A DNA stretch of 64,000 bases from NCBI GenBank assembly GCA_051294905.1, contig CM119376.1, positions 16,306,001-16,370,000 on the forward strand, given 5' to 3'. Below the pieces are notes generated by a model. It ran no database searches. It was not told the origin of the DNA and saw only the letters and a list, made by a program, of their open reading frames with translations. This DNA comes from Botryllus schlosseri (Eukaryota). The translations under genes were made by a program, and so were the position numbers. Positions 48,862 through 62,800 of the stretch are shown piece by piece (positions within the stretch are counted from its first letter, which is position 1; each line of letters opens with the position of its first letter).

Positions 48862-50223
48862 TCAAGACTGGAGAGTTGATATCGAGTATTCTTTTCGTAA
48901 TAAAGCAGCGTAATTTTCGTAAACTGCATTGATAATAGCATAAACCTTACAAGCTTCTAATGACTACGACCAAAAGTAGCCTGCATTGTTTCCGATATTC
49001 GTCTTGATCTCGAGAAACCGCAATATAGATCAAGTTTATTTGGGGTTCGATAGTAGGCTACGGCTCAGATTACTAACTTCCGTAGGTTAGTAAAATTTAT
49101 AGTACGACTGAACCAGTAGTTGATTGTGTTGAAACAATTGATTACTGAAAATTAATATTGATCATAGATGAACCAGAATGCCGGTGCATGGATTGGATGA
49201 TGACAGTATTAAATAGCATACTTGGGCTATTACTAACCGTACTTTACGAACTTAGAAGAAAATTTCTTAGTATGAAGATTCAAGGAGCACATGGACCCTA
49301 ATCCTCAGGGCTACGATAATAACAGGGCATATTTTCCAAATGGTAATACGTCACACATGATAGAAGTATATACTGTAGGCACAGCAATTTACAACGTTGC
49401 AACGTTTTAAATTGCTATGCAGTAGGTCATACTTCAAAAACAATCCAGTTATGATCATAACCTGGCACATCAGTGCAAAACTGTAGTCCTGATCTCATTC
49501 TGTTCGTAAAATATGCAGGATATTTGTGAATCGAATGAAGGAACGAGGGATCGTCAGAAGACATGACATGAACGCCACTATTCAGCTCCGATAGTCACTG
49601 ATATGAATCGGACATTGATAACTAATGGGCGAGTAGGCCATATAGGATGGAGGGAGGATGTTACATTGACCAATGATGCGTTTGATATCACTGGATTGAC
49701 CGACCAATCATGGACGTTTCGACATCCTCCTGGTTGCTCATCACATCGCATTTTGTCTTGCGTAATTGTATTGTGTATCTTGAGCGAATGAATACTTTGC
49801 CGTAGAGTTTGTAGTTCGTTTTGCAGTTATGCACATTAACATGTCACATCCCATTTTGTTTATATATGTCTTGGAGGCACTGTCAAGAATGAGGAGGTAT
49901 TTGCGGAATTTGAAGTTCTCCTGTACCTCCAAGAAGCTCTTCAATTATATATGTCTCTTTGGCATATGCACATCATGCACTCTTGGTATGCATATGCACA
50001 GATCGTGTGCATGTATATAATGAGTCGGTGTATATGCCGCAAAAACATCAAGGACGAAAATAAACTACGTCCTTTCCTTTCCTTTCTCTATCACATCAAA
50101 TCATGGCTCATTGACAAAGGCAAAGACAAAGGTGAACAGTCGACGTTACTGACCCATAACCACATTACCATAGCTACGGGATTCGGAAATAAGAATGCGG
50201 CGTAGGGTTGTGTCGCGTGAATT

Positions 50224-51457
50224 CAGTGTTGCCAATTTAGCGATTTTCGAGCTAGATCTAGCGATATTTCATCCGGTTTAGCGCCAAAAAATATGGATCT
50301 AGCGCCTAGCGATAAATCTAGCGATTTTTGAAAAAGTATTTAGCGATTATTTAGCGCTTTTTTACCGAAAATAACCAATAAAGTTCAGCTCTGGTCGACG
50401 ACTGCATTCGCTATACCGGTCACCAGAGTGCGGACTCCGATGATAGGCTATATGATTATAGATTACTAACCTACGGATAGATAGTAGATACGCAACTCCT
50501 GGCGGTTACGCATGGGCAAACAGTGTCTCTTCTTGCCGAGTAATCTAAACGTAGCATAATTGGCAGTGCTACATCTGGCGACCTGAGCACTGAAATTTAA
50601 TATAATTGGCCATGATCGAAAGCTAGTGTCGCAGTGATTTCGAAAATATAAAATAAAATCTCGTCCGGACAATGGAACCATGCAACCCAAAAAGCCCTCA
50701 AGTCTGAAAACTGGCATTGCTTCAACAATGGCACCGCCGCAACACAATGAACATAACAATGACCAATTTCGTCCAGCGATTGTTCTGATCAATGCCGATT
50801 TTCAGACTTTGGGGGCTGTTTTGAGGTCGTTCCATTGTGTTGACAAGAATTTAATTCGTATTGTCGGAATCAGTGTGACACTAGCTTTCGTTTAAGTAAG
50901 ACCAGATTAATTAAATTTCATACCCCGGGTTGGTCCTCAGATTATTTACTTATAGTGGCTGGCAAACCCAGTTCAAGTCGTGTTGTGTCGGGTCAAGTCG
51001 CATGTCGTGTACACGTGTCAAGTCGCATGTCGTGTTCAAGTACTCCAACACAGTTTAGAGAAGAAGTCAAGTGCATTTCCACGGTACATCGCATCACGTA
51101 TTCACGAACGCATTGAGCAAGGCACGCTTATATAGTCAGCGGTTATGCCTGCTGCAAACCTGGTCAGTGGTCACGTATAGCGATCATTGCGCAAAGCGAT
51201 CTGCTTTATCGAAATGCACTGCACGTTTTGTCCCGCTAAGAGATGACTATTACGTATTATGAACTAGAAATATGATAAGTGACTTTGGCCCCAGACGAGT
51301 AAAATATAGCTGAGAAGAATGTATTGATATAATGGTTCAATTTAACACCTTTAGCAATTAATGCAGATTTAGCGCTATTTTCTTAATATTTAGCGACATC
51401 TAGCGATTTTTGACACCAGTTTTAGCGATGTTCTTCCATCCGAAGTTGGCAACACTG
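50224..51457. mobile_element. Non-autonomous hAT-like element with TAGCGA subterminal repeats
   Basis: TIR CAGTGTTGCCAA / TTGGCAACACTG; degenerate TSD CGTGAATT / CGTGTGAT. Confidence 0.75.
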
Positions 51458-51478
51458 CGTGTGATGAATACGGTTCGG

Positions 51479-51625
51479 AGCCTGTATGGAATCGGTGTCC
51501 TGTGCTCACTGCTCACACTATGTTTTATTTTTTAATTATTTTTTTATTAAATTACTTTAACTTGGAGAATCATCGCTGCTCCTCACCTGATATATCAGGC
51601 AAAACGGCCAGCGATTCCAGTCAGG
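51479..51625 (+). repeat. Dispersed repeat with a same-orientation copy at 63249-63392
   Basis: GAGCCTG.ATGGAATC.GTGTC.TGTGCTCAC...AACTTGGAGAATCATC.CTGCTC...GATTCCAGT.AGGG is shared. Confidence 0.75.
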
Positions 51626-51972
51626 GTTCGGAGTAGTGACTAGTGAGTATACCAAAGAATTCTTTGGTGAGTAGAGTACCGTACTGGGGCGTACTGAATA
51701 GATTCTATAGGTATGAGAAATGTTTTTCCAGATAATTCTAGTGTTAGAAGATTAGGTAATATGAAAATAAATTCTGACAGACGTTACAGCAATGTTTTTT
51801 TATGTAAAAATGCTCCTGGTTTTATTCTATTTTCGTCATATACGGTACCGGTATCTTTAGGGCTGGGTTGCAAGTTTCCAATTAGTTATATTCAGTAAAA
51901 TCACATTGAAATACAAAATGCATGTTGCTTGAATTTAATTATGTTAAACTTAACGACAATAATATGTTAGCC

Positions 51973-52973
51973 CAGTGGTTCCCAACCGGGGAGGAATTCC
52001 CCCCTTCGGGGGAATTTTGCAATTTTTAGGGAGGAAATCCACTTTATAATTGTAACGGATTTCCCAAATTGTTCATGCCCGAACTGTCATGTAGTCGACC
52101 AGTTATATCCGAACGTATGCTCCTCATGGCTGTTTTTTGTTTGCTGAAAGTATGTTCAAATGCTCTTTTTCACATACAAATCCCCGCTTCCCATTTTTAA
52201 ACTAGTTCAGATGTGCTGCAGTTCGCAAGACAATTTTGTAGGCAAGCGACGGCCTGTCAATCAAATATTTCCTAAGCGAGCAAATGTCGTGCCGATCTAT
52301 CACAATATGGCCTCTAGTGAAATAATTTATCTTATATTTTCAAGTCAACATTTTCAAACAGTGACAAAATATTCCAACGTCCAACGTTTTATAGTCTCGA
52401 GTCATATGGCTTTGTTCGAGTCCTGCACAATGACTCGGGTCCAAGTCGAGACAATACCCAGATTGTCTCGAGTCGAGTCGTTTCCGTATTTTGAGAAAAT
52501 GACTCGAGTCAAGTCGAGTCATCAGAAAATGGTGAATCGAGTCTGACTCGAGTCTGGTCAACCCTGCTATATATGAAAGTACCAATATTATTGGCCAAAT
52601 GCATACACAAACTTGAGAAAAAAATCGCGAGACCAGTAAATTTATGGATACTGATTTTTCAGAGCAGTTATATTAGCGATTGGTGCATGTTAAGCCGAAA
52701 ATACAAATGGAAGTGAGGGGGTCTGTTGAGTCAAGCCTTCCAGAATTTGTTTGATTGAAACCAAGGCCATTATTTTTGGAGGTCTACGAAGTGTTATTAC
52801 AGCACTGTTAGAAACAAACACTCGGCACCGCCCGTCTTATTCTCTCAGTCAACAGGTGTTTGCGCGGTAAAAATGACCTTTTTTAATCATCGGGGAGATT
52901 TATCCTAAGAGAGGAATTTTGGCTTAAATTTCGGCCAAGGGAGGCACGAGATGAAAAAGGTTGGGAACCACTG
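51973..52973. mobile_element. Non-autonomous hAT (Charlie-like) element containing a fragment of the GACTCGAGTC family (52390-52566)
   Basis: TIR CAGTGGTTCCCAACC / GGTTGGGAACCACTG; perfect 8-bp TSD TGTTAGCC. The nested fragment is the reverse complement of the left end of 5415-8431. Confidence 0.9.
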
Positions 52974-53108
52974 TGTTAGCCTATGTGACCACATGTCAGA
53001 TTTTTTTCAAAAGTTGTTTGTTCGAAACACGGCTCAGAATAATGAAACCCACAAAATCGACCTTAACGTTGAAATTCGGCATCGTTGATGTAGGATACAA
53101 TAAGAAAA

Positions 53109-53427
53109 CGGTGGTTCTGAAACTTTTTGTGACACGCCCCCTTGTATGATAGTGAAAAATTTTGCGCCCCCCTTATCGTCATATTGCAAAATGAAACCAG
53201 AATGCTAGCAATCCCAGCGGATAGTTTGATGGCATGGAAGGTCATGACTGTTGTTAAGTGTTGATGAGAGAATTATGAAATTCGGACTATACACAGAGAA
53301 ATAAGTATGAATCGTAGGTAAATCGTTCGGAGCGCGAAAAAATTTTCAGTTCACCGCACCTTCGCGCCCTCCTTCAGATACTTTCACGCCCCCCAAGGGG
53401 GCGCGCCGCACAGTTTGAGAACCACTG
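53109..53427. mobile_element. hAT-type MITE
   Basis: Ends CGGTGGTTCTGAAAC / GTTTGAGAACCACTG; no TSD recognised. Confidence 0.65.
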
Positions 53428-53855
53428 CAATACGCAGACGACGCTATAGGCCCTACACTCGTTGTCTCATCACTGTGCGTCTAGACCAGTAGTTCTCAAC
53501 CGCCGGTCTGCCAAATATATTAGCCTACTGTATAGCGTATAAATATTTACAGTAAGTCATGCAGAAAGGCATATTCCACCTGGTAAACCAGACAGCATTA
53601 ATTCTAGTCTCTTAGGACCATCTGAAAATAATATTACAACGACATCAAAACTATGATCGTGCCTATGATAATTAGACGAAAATCATGAGTTGTGGATTTC
53701 TTTGATTCATTTCCCACTCTATATATCAAATCAACTGTATTTAACATAACAATGTTTTTTTCTCAAACTATACTAAACTACAATAGTCTTCTAGGTGAAG
53801 TAATGTCTATATATACTTAGCCTGTGAAGTCTGGCAGGCAAAGGAGCTGTTAACC

Positions 53856-56800
53856 ATGGCAGCCTCACTGACTAACGCAGCTCTTGCAGAGGTACGACCT
53901 GCGCACGCTAGCTACTACGGCAAAATTGATGAGAAGAACCCGGTCATCCAAGCTGTTGGAAAAGAGCTCGATGAATTTTGTAGATATATTGTCAAGTCAA
54001 AACCAGACACCTACAAGCGTGAGCCAAATGAAGCCATGTCCAGAGGCTCGAATTGGCTGTTTGACATCTGGAATAAATATGCTCTGCGATTGCCCACAAA
54101 GTTCTATCATGAAAAACTGATGCAGATAGGTGACTTTCTACTGAATCAAGAGGTGTACGAAATTGCACTTCATCAGTGTTATAGTCGATTTCTAACCGTA
54201 TGTCATGGTAATGCACTGAAGAACAATGCTTTAACAGCAGTAGAATGCAGGAATAAGTACTTTTCTGATGGATTCAATGCGGCATCAACCCTACCTACAT
54301 GCCAGGCCCTATTAGGAGCTTTTTCATGTCAGTTTCACGTGATAAGAGTCACAGATCCAGATTTTGGTCGGAGTGATTCGGTTACCAGATGCGTTGTCAT
54401 TCTCAAGAGTCTGCAAGGTTTCATGCAGTGCATACAAAGACACGAACCTTTGTACTGGGTCATGTACAATTGCACCATTCGACTGTATGAAATGTGCAGG
54501 AAACTCATGGTCAGCGGACATTCGATAAAAGTAGTGGAATATCTAGTTTGGGCTTGTATGTGTACAGAAATGAGCATTCCACTGTTGGCCGTTCAATTCC
54601 TGACTTGGAGAGTAACGCTGTACACCGCCGTTTGCCTGGCCTATTATGATTGTAAAGCTGGTGCCCTTGCAGAAAAATTCGCGCGCAGATCGCTGACCAA
54701 GCTTCAAGAACTGAGTGAACTGGAATCGATGAGTGGAGCCGCTGAAAATGAAACAACCCGGCTCATTTTTCAACAAGCCACTGTGAAAATGGCCGCGATG
54801 GTCTTCAAACGCACCGTTTTTGAATCGAGACGAAGGCCCAAGGGTGTTCTTCGGCCCAAGATGAGAAATAATCTAAAAGAGGCCGCAAATCTCATGTGGC
54901 CTCGAACCCAAACCGAAAAACTTCTGAGTGATATGTTTGTCGGAGGGGCTGCGCAATTTTTGGCTATCATCGAAGCGTTAACGGATAGTCACCGTCGATG
55001 CCTTCGACCGCGTCAGGCCGCTGCAGAAAACGACGTGGAAATGCTGGATGTCTATGCGGAGCTTTTCTTTGCGGGAAAGGAAATAATTGCCGGTGGTGGA
55101 GGCGGCAGCAGTAATCAAACTATTGCAGGGTCCGACCATTCCATCATGGGCGGGATGCGAAATGACAAGTCACTGATACAGCTGGCCGCTGCAGGTGAAG
55201 ACGGCGTGACCTTAGTGAGTGTGGTGCGTTTTATCAAATTGGCTTTTTGCTATGAGCAATGGGACACATTCACCACGTTACTCGACTCTGCTTTGCTATA
55301 CATCAAAAAGTATGACGAGGCTGGCGAGACGGAATTTAAGGACTTGGAGCTGTGTCTGGCAGTCATGCTATTGTCCGGAAGAGTAACTCGTGCTAAGACT
55401 GTTCGAAAAGTTCTACCATCCACCAGTGTGTCCGCTGCCAATGTAACAGACGACAAAGGAGAAACGCAAACCGCAACGGAAAGCTCACAGCTCACTATCC
55501 TGCCAAATGATGATCTCATCAATTTGGCAGAAGCTATCTATTTCTGCGCATCTAATGCAAGTCTTTTTTCTCCTATGGGGAAGGACCAGGAGATTCTGCT
55601 AGATCGAGATATGGTATTGGACGTTTGCATCCTTCTGTGGAAAAAAGCAAAGTCTGTGTTATTGAGGCTGCGAAGCAACGGTCAAATTGAGAACACGTCG
55701 CCAAAATGGATGCATTTACTGCAGATACTTAACAGCTGCTTTGTGTGGTGTGGAATCGCAAGCGTAGAGCCAACTATTCTCGCCGATGTCGCGTTGCATT
55801 TAGCAAGTTTACTGGAGCTGTCGACAACGTACGGCGAAATTTCGACGCAGGGACTCCAAAAATCGAGATACTCCGTTGCTTCCGATGTGTCACATTCGCA
55901 GTATCACACGAAAACAGACCGGTTGTCGTGCGCTTGCGAGGTATTATCGAACGCCATCAATTCGCTGTGTGCTGGAATCACTCAGACCATGTCTTTCACG
56001 GTAAATATCCAACAAGACTGGGACGCTGATACACCGACACATGAAAATACCAGCAACCTGTCACCCAGGGATGCAATGATTCAAGATTTTCTCGTCGAGC
56101 TCCTCAACGCTCACCACAGAATTTATTTTAAACTGGCTAAAAGATCCATCAAAAACGTACCATCAAAGGGAAAGAATCCAAACTCCGAGCGCAGCTCTGT
56201 GATGGCATCACAGCTACACATCCAAGTTCCTGAGTATGGAAAGAAGAAAATGCTGGCTCACGTTCGGGGCAATATGGTGTCGAACGCCTTACTGCATACG
56301 CAAAGAGCGAGTATCGAGTACAGCGATGATTTCGTTAAAGCTGAGGAGTCCTTGACCAAAGCGATGGACTTGTTAAAGAGAGCTGAGAATGAAGAGAACA
56401 AGCTGCAGTCACTAAGTAAGAATACTCGGTATGGGAACGGTCAATCAAGCAGCGTGCCATCGGCACCTATACTGCTTGCCAGATCCAACACAGCGATGGT
56501 TTTCAAGCCTGCTCCTTTTCAAAGCGATACGCCGGTAGCATGGTATCGATTATTCGGCCGCACATCTGCAGGGCCGAATGTCAAAGTTCGTTTGAACGAT
56601 TACTTTCTGCAAGGTACCGGGAACGAAGTGCCAGCCGGAGAAGAATGTACCTTCCGTGTTGAAGGAATTACACCGAATGAGAGGTATGTCTTTGCGGTCG
56701 CCGCCTACACCAGTAATGGTACTCTTGTTGGAAACGGGATCGGTGCTACCAGTGAAGTAATGCCAGCCCATTATCCTATGTCCATCTTGAATGCTTGGTG

Positions 56801-59800
56801 CATTTTGGCCGAATCGGCGTTACGCGTGGGTTCGTATCGTATCGCGAAACAAGCAGCTCAAGTTCTTTGGAACCATTTCGTGGAGCCATTGGTTGATCCG
56901 AATTTCGGCCAGTTCAGTGTTTCCGGTCACGACTTTGAATTATCTCTATACAAACTGAACAAGGAGGTGATGGATAAAAGCTCCGAAGTTCTGACACGAC
57001 ATGCGATCACAAGCGTTTTCATTTCTGTCGAAGTGGCTATCGTAGAAAATGGCTTGAGCAGCACGAATCTGACTGACGAAGGACCGCTACGATCGAGTCA
57101 GATCGCGAGACTGAAGGAGTGTGAGAAAATGCTCGTCGCAATGGAACTTTGCTCTCATTTGGGTGACATGAATTTACTGTTACAAGCCGCGACCAAGTGC
57201 TTTGGCCTGCTGATTCCAATAATGCAAGTCGACGTGTACATGGAACCCGTCGTTCAAGTACTAGTTTGCTGTCACGTTGTTTTGCGGGAAGCCTGCGCTG
57301 GATCGCTAACTCATCTTCCGCTATCGATGTCAAAATCGATTCATCACATGATCGCGAGTATTACATTTTATCTTGCGAAAGTATTTCGAGCTTGGGGCAG
57401 ACCAGAAGCATGTATAAACATCATCGAAACTGGCAAGCAATTACTCGTGCAAAACGAAGCACCCGGGGAATCAAGTACTTCCAATGTCAATTTGGCTCAA
57501 GCCAGGAAACGGGGTTATAAAGTTGTCCCCAAAAATACTTACAATACGAGTCAGGAACTGGCAGCATTGGAAGAGAGACTTTCGGAATTGACGAAAGAAA
57601 AGAATTCGGCTGGAGAATTGACTGGCGGCGAAGATGCCAGCACTGTCTTGTCTTACATAGTGACGGCAAAACCAATGCTGGCGTACAAGGAGCTAGCAAA
57701 ATTCCGAAGACGATCAAGATATTTGGAATACTTTGTCCACATCATGCACAAGGCTCTCATCAATGGAATGGTGGAGCCTGCGATCGAATGGTCTCAAGAA
57801 GTGCTACAGTGGCTGCGTCGAAGGAATGACGGACTGTCTGTGAATTATACGATCCTATCAGCCGATAATGGCGCTATTGTAATGCAGGGTAACGACGTCA
57901 GCAAGTATGCGGCTGTGATTGTGAATTACTCCAAAAACGGAAAGCCGAAACAGCGTAAAAAGAAAATGCTGACGAAAAAGAGCAAGATTATTATGAAGGG
58001 TAAAGGTGACGATCAAGAGGATCTTGAACGTAAAGCGTTGACCGTCTTAGAAAAATACTTCTTAGACATGTACAAAGCCTGTGTCAAAAGAAGAAAGCTG
58101 CGCAAACTCTCAAACGATGAAATGCCATGGAGATCCAGATTCAACCATCTTGCAGGCTTGCTTTACTTCGACATCTTGCAACAAAAGCTCGAAAAGAGAT
58201 TAAAACAGTTTAAGGGCGATCTGATTCCGTCAAAAAGCATCAATTTGCTCGATCAGAATCAATGGTCTCTGAATCAATGTGGGAACATTGTACTTCAACC
58301 ATCTTTCTTGACACCCGCACCTGTGAGTCCAAGCTCCGCGCCTGAGATGCGGGAATATGGCATTTCGCAAGGACAGCCGTTATTGACTTGCGCTAAAAAG
58401 GCAATCAACGCTCCTTTCGATGCCGATGTGCCTGATCCTGGTATGCGAGTATCTCCTGATTACGACGTGAGGGCGCCGTCGCCACAAACGCAGCGCACCA
58501 ATTCGCCGGCTTCCTTCACATCAGGACAGACTGTTGACCCGACTATTACTTCCATACAAAACAACGCCATCATTGACACCTTCAAAATTATGATGCTGTC
58601 TTTTAGAAGGGCTCTGGTACTGGCACACCGTGGTAAATCATGGACTTTGTTGCAAAATGTATCTCTCTCATTCTTGTCTTGCATCAATTACACGTTTGAG
58701 AATACCGTGAACTCGCAAGTACCGGTTATGACAAGGGACGTGTATCGGGATCTTGTATGTTTACCTTTGACCCTAGCCGCTGACTTTTTGCTTGAGATGC
58801 TTGTGGTAATGCAGTGCCAAGAATTCAACGATGGTCCGTCTCTTTCTAGCTACGCTGGGAATATCCACGATGAAAAGGGCGGACGGAATTTACATTATGA
58901 TGAAACTATCGATGATATTCATGAATATGATTTCGCTCTGATCAAAGAAATCACGTTCAGATGCATTGAAATGCTGCATTTCCAACGCCGATCAGAGCAA
59001 CTTGTTGATATCTGTCTTCGGTTTTCGTCATTAACCCACGATCGATTTGCAGAAAGTATACTTCCAATAATGATCCACGCGCAGCATGAGATCAGGAAAA
59101 GAGTTGAAGAGAATAATGGGGGCAGTGTACCACAGACTGCTTGGGATTCTTCAGGAAAAACTGTGACACTCAGTAATGAAAATTACATCATGTCTCGACT
59201 GCAGACCCAACCGCTTCAAGAAGATAACGAATTTCAGATTAACATAGGGGGATATATTGACCCAGCATCGCACGATGTTTACGGTGGTGGCAAGAGAGCA
59301 TTGGCCCTTTCATGTGTCCCGTATGATGTGGAACGGAGTCTGGACACATTACATACTACTCTGGAAAAATCTTTGTATTTTTCTCGAGCTTTGACTCACT
59401 CCAGAAGATTACTTGGCCAGTATTTGGCTTCGCAATACAACAAGCGAACCTCCGATTCAAGTGGAGGATTAACTCGTCAAAGCCGAGCGTCTTCAGTCAG
59501 TTTTGTGGACGTTGAAAGTAAAAACCAGCTATCAGTTCCTTCTAATATGAACCAAACCAATTTCGAGACACGAGATGATGTTGAAACCTCTCCATTTACG
59601 CATTTGCCAACGGTAATCAGCTCTTACACCAAAACTATAGAGCTCTTGATATCACATGGCGAGACCGATCTTGTGAGCCAAGCTTATCATGAATTGGGCA
59701 ATCTGTATCATCATTCGGGGAACACAAAATCAGCATTGAAAGTATGGAATGAAGGTTTGGATCAGTTATTTTGTGTCCGTGGTGCTGTTTCTAATTGGAA

Positions 59801-62800
59801 AAACGAATTCAATAGTAACAAGGATGTACCTGAATTAATGTTACAGAGACTTGGCTTTTGGGGTTGTCTGCTGTCGATAGTATTGACGTGCAAGATCGGA
59901 GAATTTTCATCAATTGACATACAAAAGAAAACAAATTGCGCTATCTTAGCTGCAGAGCTAGCGCAAGCACTATTCAGATCTTCATTGCCGCACCCAACAT
60001 CATGCTCTGATTACATGTCCTATGAAGTATTTCCATTGCAAGTGCTACAAAATAACAGAAAACCGAACAAAAGTATGCCTGGTGCCACCTCAATATTTCC
60101 TGACGTGGACATGTTTTCTGATAAGTACCGTTGTGAGCCGAGACAATTCATGTCAGCCCTGCATTGGCTTTGTGAGAATCTGGTGCAGCTTCAATTCAAT
60201 TTGAAAGCATTCCCTTGTTTATGCCTGTATCAGTATATTGCGACCTTTGTATGCAAAGATATTCAACGGAGCGTTCAATGTCGTTGCATCAAATTGTCTG
60301 CTTTGAGTGACATCAGAGCGTTTGATGCTGCTATCAATGATATGCTATTTTTGCTCTATGGAAGTCGATTGCCTCATCCAACAGAGCATACGTACAGGGA
60401 ACCGGACAGTGCACTACCGGCCTTCCACTTCAGTCTTACACACTCAATAGAATCGCTCGAGAATTTGAAAGCAATGGAAGTAATCGTTAGCAAACGGATA
60501 TCACCCGAGTTGTCACAGCTTTATGGTCCCCAGCTCACTTGTGAAATTACTCTGCAAAGATCGTTAATTCTGGTCGAGCTGGCCAATTGCATTTCATGCA
60601 TTCCGCAGAGACCATCTCAAAAGGATTTGAGTTTGATATCGCCCGATCAAACAACAGAACGCTTGTCACCACTTCCAGGCTATGCATCTGGCAGGAGATA
60701 TACACAATACTTAGCCGATGATACCAGATCATCAATAAGTGCCATGTCCACAACTTCAACTTCAATGAAACATGTGAAAAAATTGTTCTCAAAACGTGAC
60801 ACTCCTATGACTATTGCTTTATTAAAAGGAATTCTACTATGCATAGCAGAAGCTTTCCTGAACGCTATGCTTGATCCTATACTCCGCAGCAATATCAAAC
60901 TCCTGCCCTCCGAAGTATGGTTAGCAGTCCATTGCAGACTGCAATTGTGCAGTATTGAGAAACAACGGCAACACACAACATTTGGGGCTTCTCATGCATT
61001 CAATGCATTGCAAATGATGCAGAATTCTGGGAAATTTGAATTCGAAGTTGTCCAAACGAAGCAGGGCCAGAGATCTGGTTATAAATCCAAGCCAGGTGGT
61101 ACAAGGAGTTTATTCAATGAACAAGTTTCATACATGGGAAAAGCGGTTGATAACTTGGAACAAAAATATAGAGCAAGGTTGAATGCCAGATTATGGCTGA
61201 GTACTAGACTAAAGCTCTGTGAAGCACTGCAATGTCAAATAACAGGACTGGGGAAAGTTTGGACTGCAATGGCGGAAAGAAATGGAAAAGAAAGCATTAA
61301 CTTCCTGCAATTGTACTGCGCTGAAGGGCTTGCCGAAGCAGAAGTATGCAATGACCGAGAAATGCAGGCATACTTTTTGCTCTCCAGCTCACTATCCGAC
61401 AGTCTAACCAGCGAAGAAGCAGCAAAAATAATGGAAGATGCAATTTTGACCTTGGACGAACTTACAGATTTATCTGATGCTGGTACTGTATCTTTAGCAT
61501 ATGGCACCGTAACTGCTGCTGACTTGCAATTGCAAGGCAACAAATGGACATCCTCACATGCTGTTCAAGAGTTCCACAATGCGCATGCGATCATTTTGTT
61601 ACATTTGATGCAGCATGGAGAAACCATCAGACACTTTGAAAATTCTGCTTCCACAGTCAGCGTGCCTCTCAAGAACATATATCACCGAGACCTCCAAATT
61701 TTGGCCCACATCAAGCTCCGCATCGGACATGCTAATTATTTCACCTTGACTGAAAATTCGCCTGTCGAAGAGTGGCAGTCGGCCGCCGAAATCCTCAGGG
61801 ATGCCAAGCTGCTGTGTGATAACTGCTTCGTAAAAGACGCGAGACTTCAAGCAGAAATCAACTTTGAACTGGGTAAAGTAACGAGAGCCGTCTATTTTTC
61901 AAATGGGTGCGACGCTTCTTCCGCAAAGCGAACATTACAAGAAGCAATCAAAGCATCGCCATTCACGTTCCCGATTCTCAGCAGAAACAGCCAGCTTGAA
62001 TTAGCAATGCTCGGCATCACGTTGAGCAACGACACGTTGAAAGCAAGTCAGTCATCGAATAGCATGACTGACATTAGTCAAATCGCAGTGGCCTTACATT
62101 CGGCACATTGCATCGCAAAGGGGGACCAAAGTCGATCCATGCTGCAAGGAAGCACTGAAATTGTCACCGGGAATTTCTCGGATAAATGCAAGAAAAAATT
62201 GCCAGAGTTTGTACTGCTGGATCTTGCGACGGATCATCGCAAGACTATTCCGGAGGTAACCGTCGATGACATAACCATTGATCCCCATGTTGCGGGAGTT
62301 CTCATGGAGTCCGGGGAGTTTACTTGGATTCATGTGCTGTACTATCGGATACTGCTGCTACGCAAATTTGCTTCATTGCGAATCGGTGAAACTAATCGTC
62401 CGCAAACATCGGATTCTGATGACAGCGATATCATGGACTTCTATCCAGGTGATATCAAGCAAACTGACCAAAGGAGTCAGGCTGTCAAAACGCCCATGTT
62501 TTCAACATATCTGACTACTCGCCTTCTGGTCCTGCACGATTATCTGAAAGAGCATCTGACGTCTTATCAAGCCACTTGTAAGTTTTCGATTTTTGACAGT
62601 AAGTCCGAGATGTTGCTTGTGCAGTGGTATAAGTTGCGTCAAAGGAAAACACTTCTCTGGTGTGCAACTGGAACAGAAAAGTGTGGGAAGATACTGGTAT
62701 CTCCGTCGGACATAGCTCGGCTTCTCTCTCAGATCAAGACTCTTCTCCAGAAAGTAGAGATTCACTTCGGACAGACTATGGCGGTGCAGTCCAAACAGCG

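Noticed and set aside
50908-50944. Hammerhead-like motif on the minus strand (CUGAGGA...GAAA)
   Set aside because: No stem II closing pair, an all-AU 4-bp stem I and a non-palindromic stem III; compatible with chance.
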